Shown here piece after piece: positions 55,810 to 64,000 of a DNA stretch of 64,000 nt. The stretch is from Clostridia bacterium (GTDB lineage: Bacteria; Bacillota; Clostridia; TANB77; UBA1234). The stretch spans positions 1,567 to 65,566 of the forward strand of contig JAFUGE010000009.1 in the NCBI GenBank assembly GCA_017469545.1. The letters are read 5' to 3'. A model generated the notes under the pieces. The model did not search any database, was not told where the DNA came from, and was given only the letters and a program-made list of their open reading frames with translations. Position numbers and translations under genes: made by a program. The stretch's first letter is position 1, and every line of letters begins with the position of its first letter.

Positions 55810-56445
55810 TTATTCTTCTTCTTTTGATTTTAATTTCGTTAGATAATTTTTAATTAGATAAAATAATGTGTACACTTTGTACTCGGATTTCATTTCGATG
55901 GTAAATTCCGCGTGATTTTGCGCATAACTGCCATAGATTTTTTCACTCGGAAGACCATCACAGAGATAAAGTGGCGCTACTTCTTTTTCGTCAAACAATT
56001 CCATCATATCGAAGTCTAAAGGATTTTCAGACTTGATGGAAATTGCCCAAGAAAAGAAGTTGTTTTTCATTACGATTTCTAGTCCGTATTTTTCGAGGTT
56101 AATCTGGTAAATAGGGAGCTTGACAGACTTTGATGTGTGAGTTGCAATGACTTGCGGCTCAAATGCTTCATATTCATTAGAAGTATCCGTTAGGATGTCG
56201 CCTAAGATATCACGAACGAACACGATTTGCCGCCCAATCTGATTACCATAAATTAATTTCTTGTTAGGTTCATTCACACGAATCCAGGCGGTTACCCCAA
56301 CGGGCAAATTTTCTTCGTAGTAGAGACGCAGAGTCTGAATCACAGATTCGCCAGTCTTAGGGCCTTCAACGTATTCGTTTGGGTCGAAGTTGTCGTAGTA
56401 CTTCCGCATATCTTCGAGGATAGCGCAGCTCACTTGCTTTTTCAT
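55810..56445 (-). CDS. Hypothetical cytoplasmic protein (211 aa)
   Basis: RBS AAGGAGGAA before the ATG; no motif recognised. Confidence 0.5.
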   Translation of the reverse strand: MKKQVSCAILEDMRKYYDNFDPNEYVEGPKTGESVIQTLRLYYEENLPVGVTAWIRVNEPNKKLIYGNQIGRQIVFVRDILGDILTDTSNEYEAFEPQVIATHTSKSVKLPIYQINLEKYGLEIVMKNNFFSWAISIKSENPLDFDMMELFDEKEVAPLYLCDGLPSEKIYGSYAQNHAEFTIEMKSEYKVYTLFYLIKNYLTKLKSKEEE

Positions 56446-56682
56446 AATGATTCCTCCTTGTCAATTGACATTAGGTTAAATACAATGGAATGCTTTCACA
56501 TAGTTGCTATTATAGCACGTTTTACATCATTTGACAATCTTTTTGCAGTAAATTGAAAAACGCAGCCATGGCAAATTTTTATGATAGAGAACATATTTTC
56601 GCAAAAAACTATTGCGGAAATATTGGCTTTATGATATATATTTATTTGAAAGAGGAAAAATGATGTTGCGAGGTGGTTTATT

Positions 56683-57468
56683 ATGGATAAAAATAGTAGT
56701 TAAAAGTTATTTGAAGACAGAAACATTAGGGTTCAATGGAATGACGAAGAGGAAAAGTGGTATTTTTCGGTTGTGGATATAGTTGCCGCTTTAACGGAAA
56801 ATGATTATCAGAGAGCAAGAACTTATTGGAAAGTATTAAAACTAAGGTTAAAAGAAGAAGAAAATGAGTCGGTTACAAATTGTAACCAACTGAAAATGAA
56901 ATCTACAGACGGAAAATTCTATAATACCGATGTTATGAATATCGAGCAGATTTTACGACTTGTTCAATCAATACCATCTAAAAAAGCAGAGCCATTAAAG
57001 TTATGGTTGGCACAAGTTGGAAAAGAAAGAATAGACGAAGCATACGATCCAGAAATAGCAATTAATAGGGCATTGGATATATACAGGAAAAAAGGATATT
57101 CAGAAGAATGGATTAACCAGAGATTAAAAACGATTGACATCAGGAAAGAGTTTACGGACGAATTAAAGAAAAAAGGCGTAAATCAAAGTAAAGATTTTGC
57201 GATTTTAACTAATATTTTGACGCAAGCATGGAGCGGTTATACAGTGAAAGAATGTAAAAATTTAAAGGGGCTAAAGAAGGAAAATTTGCGAGATAATATG
57301 ACAAATATGGAACTTGTTTTAAATATGCTTGCAGAAACTGCATCTACAGAAATTTCCAAAAGTAATAATACACAAGGCTTTGAGAATGCCAAGGAATCAG
57401 TGATAAAAGGCGGGAATATTGCGAAGAGTGCAAAAGAGGCGGAAAGATTGGAAGAGGAAAATAGTTAG
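56683..57468 (+). pseudogene. Bro-N / DinD-like phage-associated DNA-binding gene interrupted by an in-frame TAA
   Basis: ATG 56683 after AGGTGG; TAA at 56701-56703. The same frame continues 'FEDRNIRVQWNDEEEKWYFSVVDIVAALTE' (Bro-N signature) into ORF 56773..57468. Confidence 0.7.
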
Positions 57469-57498
57469 AAGAAGTATATCGATTTGGGAGGTCACCAT

Positions 57499-58119
57499 AT
57501 GGAAGAGAATGTGAAAAAAGAATTAGAAGAGTTTCAGAATTTTAAAAAGCAGTTTGTATTTGTACAAAAAGAGATTGTGCAAGAGGGAGAAAATTTGTAT
57601 TGTGATGGCGAACTGTTACAGCAGGGGGAAGAGAAGCCGATAGGCATTACGGATAAGTAGATTAATGTGGGATATAAGCTAAAGGGGCCATTTTCTAAAG
57701 CATTATCCAATTTGTTTCCTTACGAATTTACCATTCAAGATAAGAAATTGAGTAGCATTGAAGCATTTTTTCAAGGAATAAAAATAAAAGACAAAACAGC
57801 ACAGGATTTTGTGCTTCGTTATAACGGAATGGATGCGAATAGCAATAAGGCAGCCAGCGATTTTGACTGGAAAGAATCCGGAATGGTATACTGGAAAGGA
57901 ACTCCTATCAAAAGAAATAGTAGGGAGTATGACGATTTAGTAGACGAGTTGTACATATCTGCTATCCAAAATCCTTTGTATCGCAATGTTTTAAAGAATG
58001 TAGATAGGCCAATTATTCATTCTATTGGGGAAGTTGATAAAAAAGAAACTGTTTTTACAAGATATGAATTTGAGTTTATGCTAAACTGTTTGGTAGCGTT
58101 TTTGAAAAGAGGAGAATAG
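57499..58119 (+). pseudogene. NADAR(YbiA/DUF1768)-like gene with an in-frame TAG
   Basis: A 53-aa ORF (57499..57660, RBS GGGAGGT) and ORF 57667..58119 share one frame, split by TAG 57658-57660. 'LSNLFPYEFTIQDKKLSSIEAFFQGIK' and 'QNPLYRNVL' resemble NADAR. Confidence 0.45.
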
Positions 58120-58202
58120 CTGCATTCGTCCTGGGGCAAGGAACACCTTGCCCCATTTTTGCATACAATATAGTGAAATACAAAGAAATTGAGGTGAATA
58201 CT

Positions 58203-58559
58203 TTGGAGAACTATATTGTTGAAGGGGGCAATCGACTAGAGGGGGAAGTCGTGATTTCTGGAGCGAAGAATGCGGCACTACCTATCATTGCGGCTACGAT
58301 ACTAAATCCGGAAAAAATAGAAATTGATAATTGCCCCAATATACACGATGTTGCGATAATGCTCAATATTTTAGAAATATTGGGATGTAAGGTACATATG
58401 GAGAAGAATCAGATGTTGGTGGATACGTCTGATATTAATCAATATGAAATTCCTGAGAATTTAATGCGCGAAATGCGTTCTTCTGTTATTATTGTTGGTG
58501 CAATGCTGGGACGAATGAAGAAGTGTGTGTTTACGTATCCAGGGGATTGCGATTTTTAA
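58203..58559 (+). pseudogene. murA: UDP-N-acetylglucosamine 1-carboxyvinyltransferase, 5' fragment (about 120 of about 420 codons)
   Basis: 'IVEGGNRLEGEVVISGAKNAALPIIAA', 'MRSSVIIVGAMLGR', then 'YPGDCDF*' where MurA reads YPGGCAIG. Confidence 0.8.
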
Positions 58560-58691
58560 TTGATACATCGGACAAGCTTAAGATAAATGAGTGGATAAAA
58601 GAATTTATGAATTAAATAAAATATTGAAATAAGAGGGAATGCCAGTTGAATTGGTATTCCTTTTTTGATGCAGAAAGAAGTGTGATAAGAT

Positions 58692-59198
58692 ATGAAAAAA
58701 TTTGATGGAATTTGGATACCATACGATATATTAACGGATACTCATTTATCAGATAAACAAAAAATCATTTTATCTATTGCGTTATATTTTAGTCAGCAAA
58801 AGACAGGATGTATTGTTGGAAACGAATATCTAGCAAAGCTATTAAATATAACAGATGATAGAATATCAAAGCTGGTTAGTTCACTAAAGAAAAAAGGATA
58901 TGTTGATGTAATATTAAATCGTAAGCATGAAGATAGCAAAGTAAGAAAAAGAGAGATAGTTGTTTTAAAGGATGAGCTGATAAAGAAGTATCATAAAAGC
59001 TCAAAGCAAGTAGGTGAAAATAACTACTTGAGTAGTGAAAAACAACTAGATGAAATAGGTAAAAAGGACGGAGATATAATAAATAATAATACTAATAAAT
59101 ATATAAGAAATAATGGTAAGCAGTTTCAAGGATACACACCTTATAGAGATTCACAGTATGAAAATATTGACTGGAGCAAATATTATAAAAATTATTAA
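58692..59198 (+). CDS. Winged-helix DNA-binding protein, plasmid/phage replication-organiser-like
   Basis: 'LSDKQKIILSIALYFSQ....C.VGNEYLAKLLNITDDRISKLVSSLKKKGYV' wHTH pattern; Asn/Lys-rich tail. Confidence 0.5.
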   Translation: MKKFDGIWIPYDILTDTHLSDKQKIILSIALYFSQQKTGCIVGNEYLAKLLNITDDRISKLVSSLKKKGYVDVILNRKHEDSKVRKREIVVLKDELIKKYHKSSKQVGENNYLSSEKQLDEIGKKDGDIINNNTNKYIRNNGKQFQGYTPYRDSQYENIDWSKYYKNY

Positions 59199-59402
59199 AG
59201 TGTCTTATTCAAGTTTGTGAATAAGGTTATATATTTTTAGGTGCCCCACTGGGACACCTTATGCCCTGTCCCAATGGAGCAGCTTGCCTGACACTCGGGG
59301 GTAGCTATGTTTTTTAGTTAAGCAAGATTCCTATTCGTATATACACGAATAGATGAAAAGGAGAATATCTCCTTAGACCTCTAAAAAGAAAGGTGTGATT
59401 AA

Positions 59403-59708
59403 ATGAAAAATAAACAAATTAATATTCGATTAACAGAAAAAGAATTAGCATATATAAAACGCAAATCAGAAAGAGCAAAAATGGATATGACAAGATTTGT
59501 TATAACAGCCGTTTACAAAAATAACATAAATGTGATAGAAGGACTACTACCATTGTCAACCGAATTAAGACATATTGGAAATAATTTAAATCAGTTAACA
59601 AGATTGTGCCATGAAGGAAGAATTAGTTGTATTAATCTAGATAAATTCACCTACCAAGTAGGTGAAATATGGAAGAAGTTAAATGAGTTAATGAAGGAGA
59701 AGAAGTAA
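59403..59708 (+). CDS. mobC: MobC-family mobilisation (relaxosome accessory) protein
   Basis: 'IRLTEKELAYIKRKSE', 'ELRHIGNNLNQLTRLCHEG' MobC signature. Confidence 0.8.
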   Translation: MKNKQINIRLTEKELAYIKRKSERAKMDMTRFVITAVYKNNINVIEGLLPLSTELRHIGNNLNQLTRLCHEGRISCINLDKFTYQVGEIWKKLNELMKEKK

Positions 59709-59981
59709 AAATTTGTGAAGGCAATAAGTGGAGTTAAGTTCAAAGCACTATTGTAAATATAGAAAGTAATGGTGTTTTTATATTGCTAAAATATTGATTT
59801 GTTAATGTAATTTATGCTAAAATATACACAGATAGGCAAACTATCAATATTTAAAATAAGTGAACAAAATTTGAAGAAAAAAACTCTAATTTTAATTACC
59901 TTACTTGATATGCAATATTGGAGTGATGAAAATAGAAAGAGGATATCTAATAAAATTATTATTCAAATAAGGAGTAATAAT

Positions 59982-61943
59982 ATGGATTTAAATGACAGAA
60001 GCTATGAAGGTATAATTGAAAAATTAAATAGAGGATTAATAAACTTTTTAGACATTGATGCCATTAATGAAATCGTTAATGGCTTGGCAAGAGACTCTAA
60101 AGCAAGAGAACAGTTCATTAATGTGATTAAGGCTTATGTGAAAAAAATAGATGTAAATGTGCCTTTGTCAAATATTGACGTAACTGATTATAATTTTGAA
60201 AAATGGCGTGGCTTAATGCTTATAATAAATGATAAAGACTTTATAGAAGAATGCATAGAAGATTATTCTGATGAGGCACAGTCAATAGCAAGACGTTCGT
60301 TTGCAAGTCGTATAACATACGAACAATCTAATCTAAGTGAGAAAAGTAGAAATGAATCGCGAGTTCACAGTTATTTTACAATGGATTCGGATGTAGCTCT
60401 AAGATATCATGATGAAGAATTAAGGTATATAAGCGAAGATAATCTTATTGTAAGAATTGAGGATGCTATAGATGCTATAACAATTTCTAACGAAGATTTA
60501 GAACGCCTTAAGGCTAATTGCAGAATACAAAACGAGACATGGTTTGAAAGAGACAAATATACTATAGATGAAATTCGCAATATTTCTAATAAGCTAAAAA
60601 ATGATATTCTTAAAGGTATAGAAAAACCAAAAAGCAATGATTTTGAAAGCCAATTTGAGGTATTTTCAGAAATATGTAAAAGATTAGCTGCACATATTGA
60701 GTATGACGACGATGAAATCGAATATTGCAAAAAAATGGGCATAGGTTGTAGAGACCATGATACTTACACAGTAAGAAATGCTATTTTAAAGGGTAGAAGT
60801 GTTTGTAGTGGAAATTCAAAAACGCTGAAACTTGCATTAAAAATGCACGACATTGAATGTGAATACATTAGTGGAAATCCTGAAATAAAAGACAAAGAGA
60901 ATATCCCACTAGAAGATCAACACGGACATGCATGGAATCAAGTCAAAATTGGAGGGCATTGGTTTAATTTTGACTTAACATGGGCAAGAGATAGAATTGT
61001 AAATGAAAATGGACTTGTTACTGTTGAATTGTTAAAAACGGATTCGGAATTTTCTGATCATGATAAATATGGGAAAAATCGACCTAGTTATGAGCACAAG
61101 TGTGAAACATCAGTATTTGATTTGGTTGATGATGAATTTATATTGAGGCACAGCGGTAGTATATTAGATAAGATAAATTACTTGCACACTAGAGACGATG
61201 AAACAAAAAAGAAATGGATTGATATTTTAATAAGTGATAATAATGAGCAAAACAAAACAAAAGCTTCGTTAGAGTTAGATGAAAGGCTGATTGCTGGTTT
61301 AATCATATCTCTTGATAATCAAGATTATTTAAAAAATTGTATAGAAAGCGAAAAGTTAAAATATCGAACACATGATTTATTAATAGCAACACAAGATAAG
61401 GAATATATGAAAGAATGGGTGAAAGGACAGCTTGAATCAAAGACTAAGGACTTATCTGGAACACTAGCTGTTGCAATTGAAACAATGGATGGCGATATTA
61501 TAAAGAAAGTAATAATGCAAGGCAGCAATACACTTACTGAATACGATATGTATTCAGCTGCAATAAAAACAAAAGATCCAGCTTTTGTAGCGGAGTGCTT
61601 TCAAAATGATATGTTCCCTGATTTTGTTGATCAAGACACTTTAGAAGAAGATATAAGAAACGGAGAAGATGATAAATTTTTAGTTGCTTGGCAAGAATAC
61701 ATAGCCGGGAAAACATTGGTAAAGCATGTGAATGAGAAATCAGAAGATGTAGCAGAAATAGAAGATGATAGTCAAGAAGGAATTAATTTACCGCAAGAAG
61801 ATAAGGAAGTAGTAACTACTGAAGAAACGAAGCAAGATATTACAAGTAACAATAAACGCCTATTAGGTAGAATGGTTGACAAATACATTAACTTGTTTAA
61901 AATAACAAAATCAGAGCTAAAAGAAACATGGCTACGGCTTTAA
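59982..61943 (+). CDS. Cassette copy 2, gene A: transglutaminase-like (Cys-His-Asp) protein with the helical repeats C-terminal to the core
   Basis: RBS AAGGAG. 'SVCSGNS' (Cys 60804-60806), 'GHAWNQVKIGGHWFNFDLTW' (His 60927-60929, Asp 60972-60974). Repeats 'LDNQDYLKNCI', 'ATQDKEYMKEW', 'KTKDPAFVAECF'. Confidence 0.75.
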   Translation: MDLNDRSYEGIIEKLNRGLINFLDIDAINEIVNGLARDSKAREQFINVIKAYVKKIDVNVPLSNIDVTDYNFEKWRGLMLIINDKDFIEECIEDYSDEAQSIARRSFASRITYEQSNLSEKSRNESRVHSYFTMDSDVALRYHDEELRYISEDNLIVRIEDAIDAITISNEDLERLKANCRIQNETWFERDKYTIDEIRNISNKLKNDILKGIEKPKSNDFESQFEVFSEICKRLAAHIEYDDDEIEYCKKMGIGCRDHDTYTVRNAILKGRSVCSGNSKTLKLALKMHDIECEYISGNPEIKDKENIPLEDQHGHAWNQVKIGGHWFNFDLTWARDRIVNENGLVTVELLKTDSEFSDHDKYGKNRPSYEHKCETSVFDLVDDEFILRHSGSILDKINYLHTRDDETKKKWIDILISDNNEQNKTKASLELDERLIAGLIISLDNQDYLKNCIESEKLKYRTHDLLIATQDKEYMKEWVKGQLESKTKDLSGTLAVAIETMDGDIIKKVIMQGSNTLTEYDMYSAAIKTKDPAFVAECFQNDMFPDFVDQDTLEEDIRNGEDDKFLVAWQEYIAGKTLVKHVNEKSEDVAEIEDDSQEGINLPQEDKEVVTTEETKQDITSNNKRLLGRMVDKYINLFKITKSELKETWLRL

Positions 61944-62008
61944 AAGAAGTATATCAAAAAATAATGATGAGCACGAATTTATAGAAAATGGAGATGATAG
62001 AGGTGAAC

Positions 62009-62635
62009 ATGATGATTGAAAGTGAGAGTTTGAAAAAATATATATCATCCTTGTTAAATAAAAGTGCTGATGAATTAACCGTAGAGGATTTGAATAAAAT
62101 TGACTATATTAGTTTGAAAAAGATGAATGCATTATACCAAGAGACAGATTGCATAACAGGTGATTTAATTCAATTTAAAAATTTAAAAGGATGCACATTA
62201 TTTAAGTTTGATGTATCAGAAAGTGATATTAAAAATTTAAATAGGATTCCTAAATTAGAATCAATTTGTTTTGACTTTTGTGAATTGAATGGACTTAATC
62301 TTTCAATAAATGAATCTATCAATAGATTTTATTTTAACATGTGTAATGATTTAAAATTAAAGCAATTTAAAGAATTCACAGCAGAATCTTTAACGATAAT
62401 TGGGGATGAAAATAGGAAGACGGAATTAAATATTAATGACATTGAAAGAATGGATAATTTAAAGAGATTGTCTATAAATAATTATGAAATAAAAAATATA
62501 GGAATGATTATGGATGTTGCTCCTAATATAGAGTATATAAATATAGACGGTTCTACAGTTGATTCAACAGAGTTAAATGAAATAAAAGGTAAAATTGAAA
62601 TTTCAAATAATGAAAGATTTTTATTAGTGCCATAG
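62009..62635 (+). CDS. Cassette copy 2, gene B: LRR-like protein
   Basis: RBS AGAGGTGA; 'IPKLESICFDFCELNG', 'MDNLKRLSINNYEIKNI', 'APNIEYINIDGSTV', collinear with 54616..55248. Confidence 0.6.
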   Translation: MMIESESLKKYISSLLNKSADELTVEDLNKIDYISLKKMNALYQETDCITGDLIQFKNLKGCTLFKFDVSESDIKNLNRIPKLESICFDFCELNGLNLSINESINRFYFNMCNDLKLKQFKEFTAESLTIIGDENRKTELNINDIERMDNLKRLSINNYEIKNIGMIMDVAPNIEYINIDGSTVDSTELNEIKGKIEISNNERFLLVP

Positions 62636-62647
62636 TTAAAGGAGAAT

Positions 62648-63067
62648 ATGATGTCAAACACTATTCAAATGAAATCTTATAAAGAAGTTTTAGTAATTTT
62701 AGACGAATTAGATTTGCTAAAAGAAATACCAAATGAAATAATTCAACATATGCAAGCCAAACAAGATAGAAAATGGAATTTTACTTTTGATAAAAATATG
62801 CCAATCGAAGCACAGAAAATTACAAGAGATACAGCAAAATTATTGTCATTATTGTATTTAGGATATATTTGTAATGATGTGGATGAAAAAGAAAAATTCA
62901 ATAAAATTCTTGAGCAAAACGAAAAAAGTGCCAAAGAACAGTTTAATATTAATATTATAAGACAAAAAGTGGATAATTCTAAAGACGAGCATCAAATTGT
63001 TCCATGCGTAAGAGAATCTTTGTGGCAGAGGTTCATTAGTAAGATAAAAAAGTTATTTAAGAGGTAA
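62648..63067 (+). CDS. Cassette copy 2, gene C: small charged helical protein
   Basis: 'VLVILDELDLLKEIPNEIIQHMQ...W.F.FDKNMPIEAQKITRDTAKLLSLLYLGYICND' is collinear with 55266..55703. Start 62648 or 62651. Confidence 0.55.
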   Translation: MMSNTIQMKSYKEVLVILDELDLLKEIPNEIIQHMQAKQDRKWNFTFDKNMPIEAQKITRDTAKLLSLLYLGYICNDVDEKEKFNKILEQNEKSAKEQFNINIIRQKVDNSKDEHQIVPCVRESLWQRFISKIKKLFKR

Positions 63068-63199
63068 ATACATAAGGTTAGTGTTAAATTTTGCACTATC
63101 CTTTTTTATTACAAAAGATGCCGAATTGTTGCTAAATAAGGCATTTTATGGTATAATTATAATAGAATTCTATTAAATATGATAGATGGGGTGATTGAT

Positions 63200-63547
63200 A
63201 TGAAAAGTAACGAAGAATATAACACTGAAGTACAGGAAATATTGAGCAAATACAAGAGTGTAAGAGACAAATATAAAATGTTAAAAACAATTTTTTTATT
63301 AATAATGATTTTATCTGTAATAGCATTGCTAATCGTATTTGCTGTTCCAACTATTAATAATAGACTATTACTAATAGCTATTGCTTTTGTTTTTATTATA
63401 ATTTCAGAACTATTAAATATAGTATTCGGAGCAAAGTTATATAATATTGGGAGAAAAGTAATTGAAGAAGTTGAACAAATGGATATAAAAGATGAGGGAG
63501 TACAGGAAATAATGATAGAAAAAGTTGAGGATTTCTTTGGTATATAG
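63200..63547 (+). CDS. Hypothetical 2-TM membrane protein
   Basis: RBS GGGGTGA; two hydrophobic helices between charged termini. Confidence 0.45.
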   Translation: MKSNEEYNTEVQEILSKYKSVRDKYKMLKTIFLLIMILSVIALLIVFAVPTINNRLLLIAIAFVFIIISELLNIVFGAKLYNIGRKVIEEVEQMDIKDEGVQEIMIEKVEDFFGI

Positions 63548-63586
63548 TCTGAGTAAAAATATTTTTGTGATTTGGTGGTGTTGTTT

Positions 63587-64000
63587 ATGAATAATGTTCC
63601 AAGAAGATCGGAATATTCGCTTACTGATGACGAAAGAGATAATCTAAGAAAACAAAATGGACAGTATATTGAAACCTTCCTAAAAAGAGGGAGAGGAAGA
63701 ACAGAAAAACAGGCAAATGTAACATTATTTAGTAATTTATACTACGACATTGGTATGCAGGATTTTATGATATATAGAGATGTAAACAGTGATATACCAA
63801 AAGAAAAATTAAGAGAATTGATAAAAGGATATTTAAAAACAAGAGCTAATGATTCTGCTAGGTTACAAGTTTTGATTGATGATATGAAGGCAAATGGATT
63901 CGATTTTGAAACAATTACAAATCCACAAATAAGTGATGTTTTTGAATACAACTCTTCCAATAGTGCATTTCCAAATATGTTATATCATGGAACAACTGCA
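63587..64000 (+). CDS. Hypothetical protein, 5' part only (runs off the window)
   Basis: ATG after GGTGGTG; 138 open codons to the window edge; ends '...FPNMLYHGTTA'. Absent from the ORF track because it has no stop. Confidence 0.5.
   Translation, partial: MNNVPRRSEYSLTDDERDNLRKQNGQYIETFLKRGRGRTEKQANVTLFSNLYYDIGMQDFMIYRDVNSDIPKEKLRELIKGYLKTRANDSARLQVLIDDMKANGFDFETITNPQISDVFEYNSSNSAFPNMLYHGTTA

Noticed and set aside
55810-56445. The convergent 211-aa ORF as an immunity or antitoxin partner of cassette 1.
   Set aside because: It is on the opposite strand with its own RBS, has no counterpart next to cassette 2, and shows no recognisable domain. There is not enough evidence to link it to the cassette.
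56701-57660. Programmed recoding (pyrrolysine at TAG 57658, readthrough at TAA 56701).
   Set aside because: There are no pyl genes or recoding signals in the window. The genes sit in a decaying mobile-element context next to a truncated murA. Pseudogenisation or sequencing error is the simpler explanation.
59814-59981. The 56-codon N-terminal extension of ORF 59814..61943 given in the track.
   Set aside because: The extension is AT-rich, Ile/Lys-rich low-complexity sequence that overlaps probable promoter elements (two TGCTAAAAT boxes). A strong RBS (AAGGAG) precedes ATG 59982.

Overview
Low-GC Firmicutes (Clostridia-like) chromosomal window. All calls were made by eye from the sequence and the ORF track. 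No database search, alignment program or structure prediction was run. Positions 1-51.9 kb are mostly housekeeping: seven tRNA genes; a thiol-redox/Fe-S block (ccdA-thioredoxin, sufCBDSU, mnmA, trxB-trxA); feoAB plus an unannotated 39-aa FeoB-associated Cys-rich ORF; an ABC-F ATPase; leuS; cca; two large SLH-anchored surface proteins; a histidine kinase/HD-GYP regulator pair; and a single-module C-A-T-R NRPS with an Sfp-type PPTase. At least three families of short GC-rich palindromic repeats are scattered through this part. One copy sits in frame inside the HD domain of cca. Other accessory items are a solo MazF/PemK-fold gene beside a tRNA cluster, and an HD / patatin / PUA(EVE)-McrB-like ATPase run whose last gene is translationally coupled to yhbY. 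The main lead lies downstream of a divergent tRNA-Arg pair (52-64 kb). It is a three-gene cassette present in two diverged copies (52273-55703 and 59982-63067): a large transglutaminase-fold Cys-His-Asp protein with about 35-aa helical repeats, an LRR-like protein, and a small charged helical protein. The two copies are separated by decayed mobile-element genes: a Bro-N gene with an in-frame TAA, a NADAR-like gene with an in-frame TAG, and a truncated murA. The second copy lies in an AT-rich segment with a Rep-like wHTH gene and mobC but no relaxase. I do not recognise this cassette as any described system. I propose it as a candidate new conflict/defence or effector module; its function is unknown.
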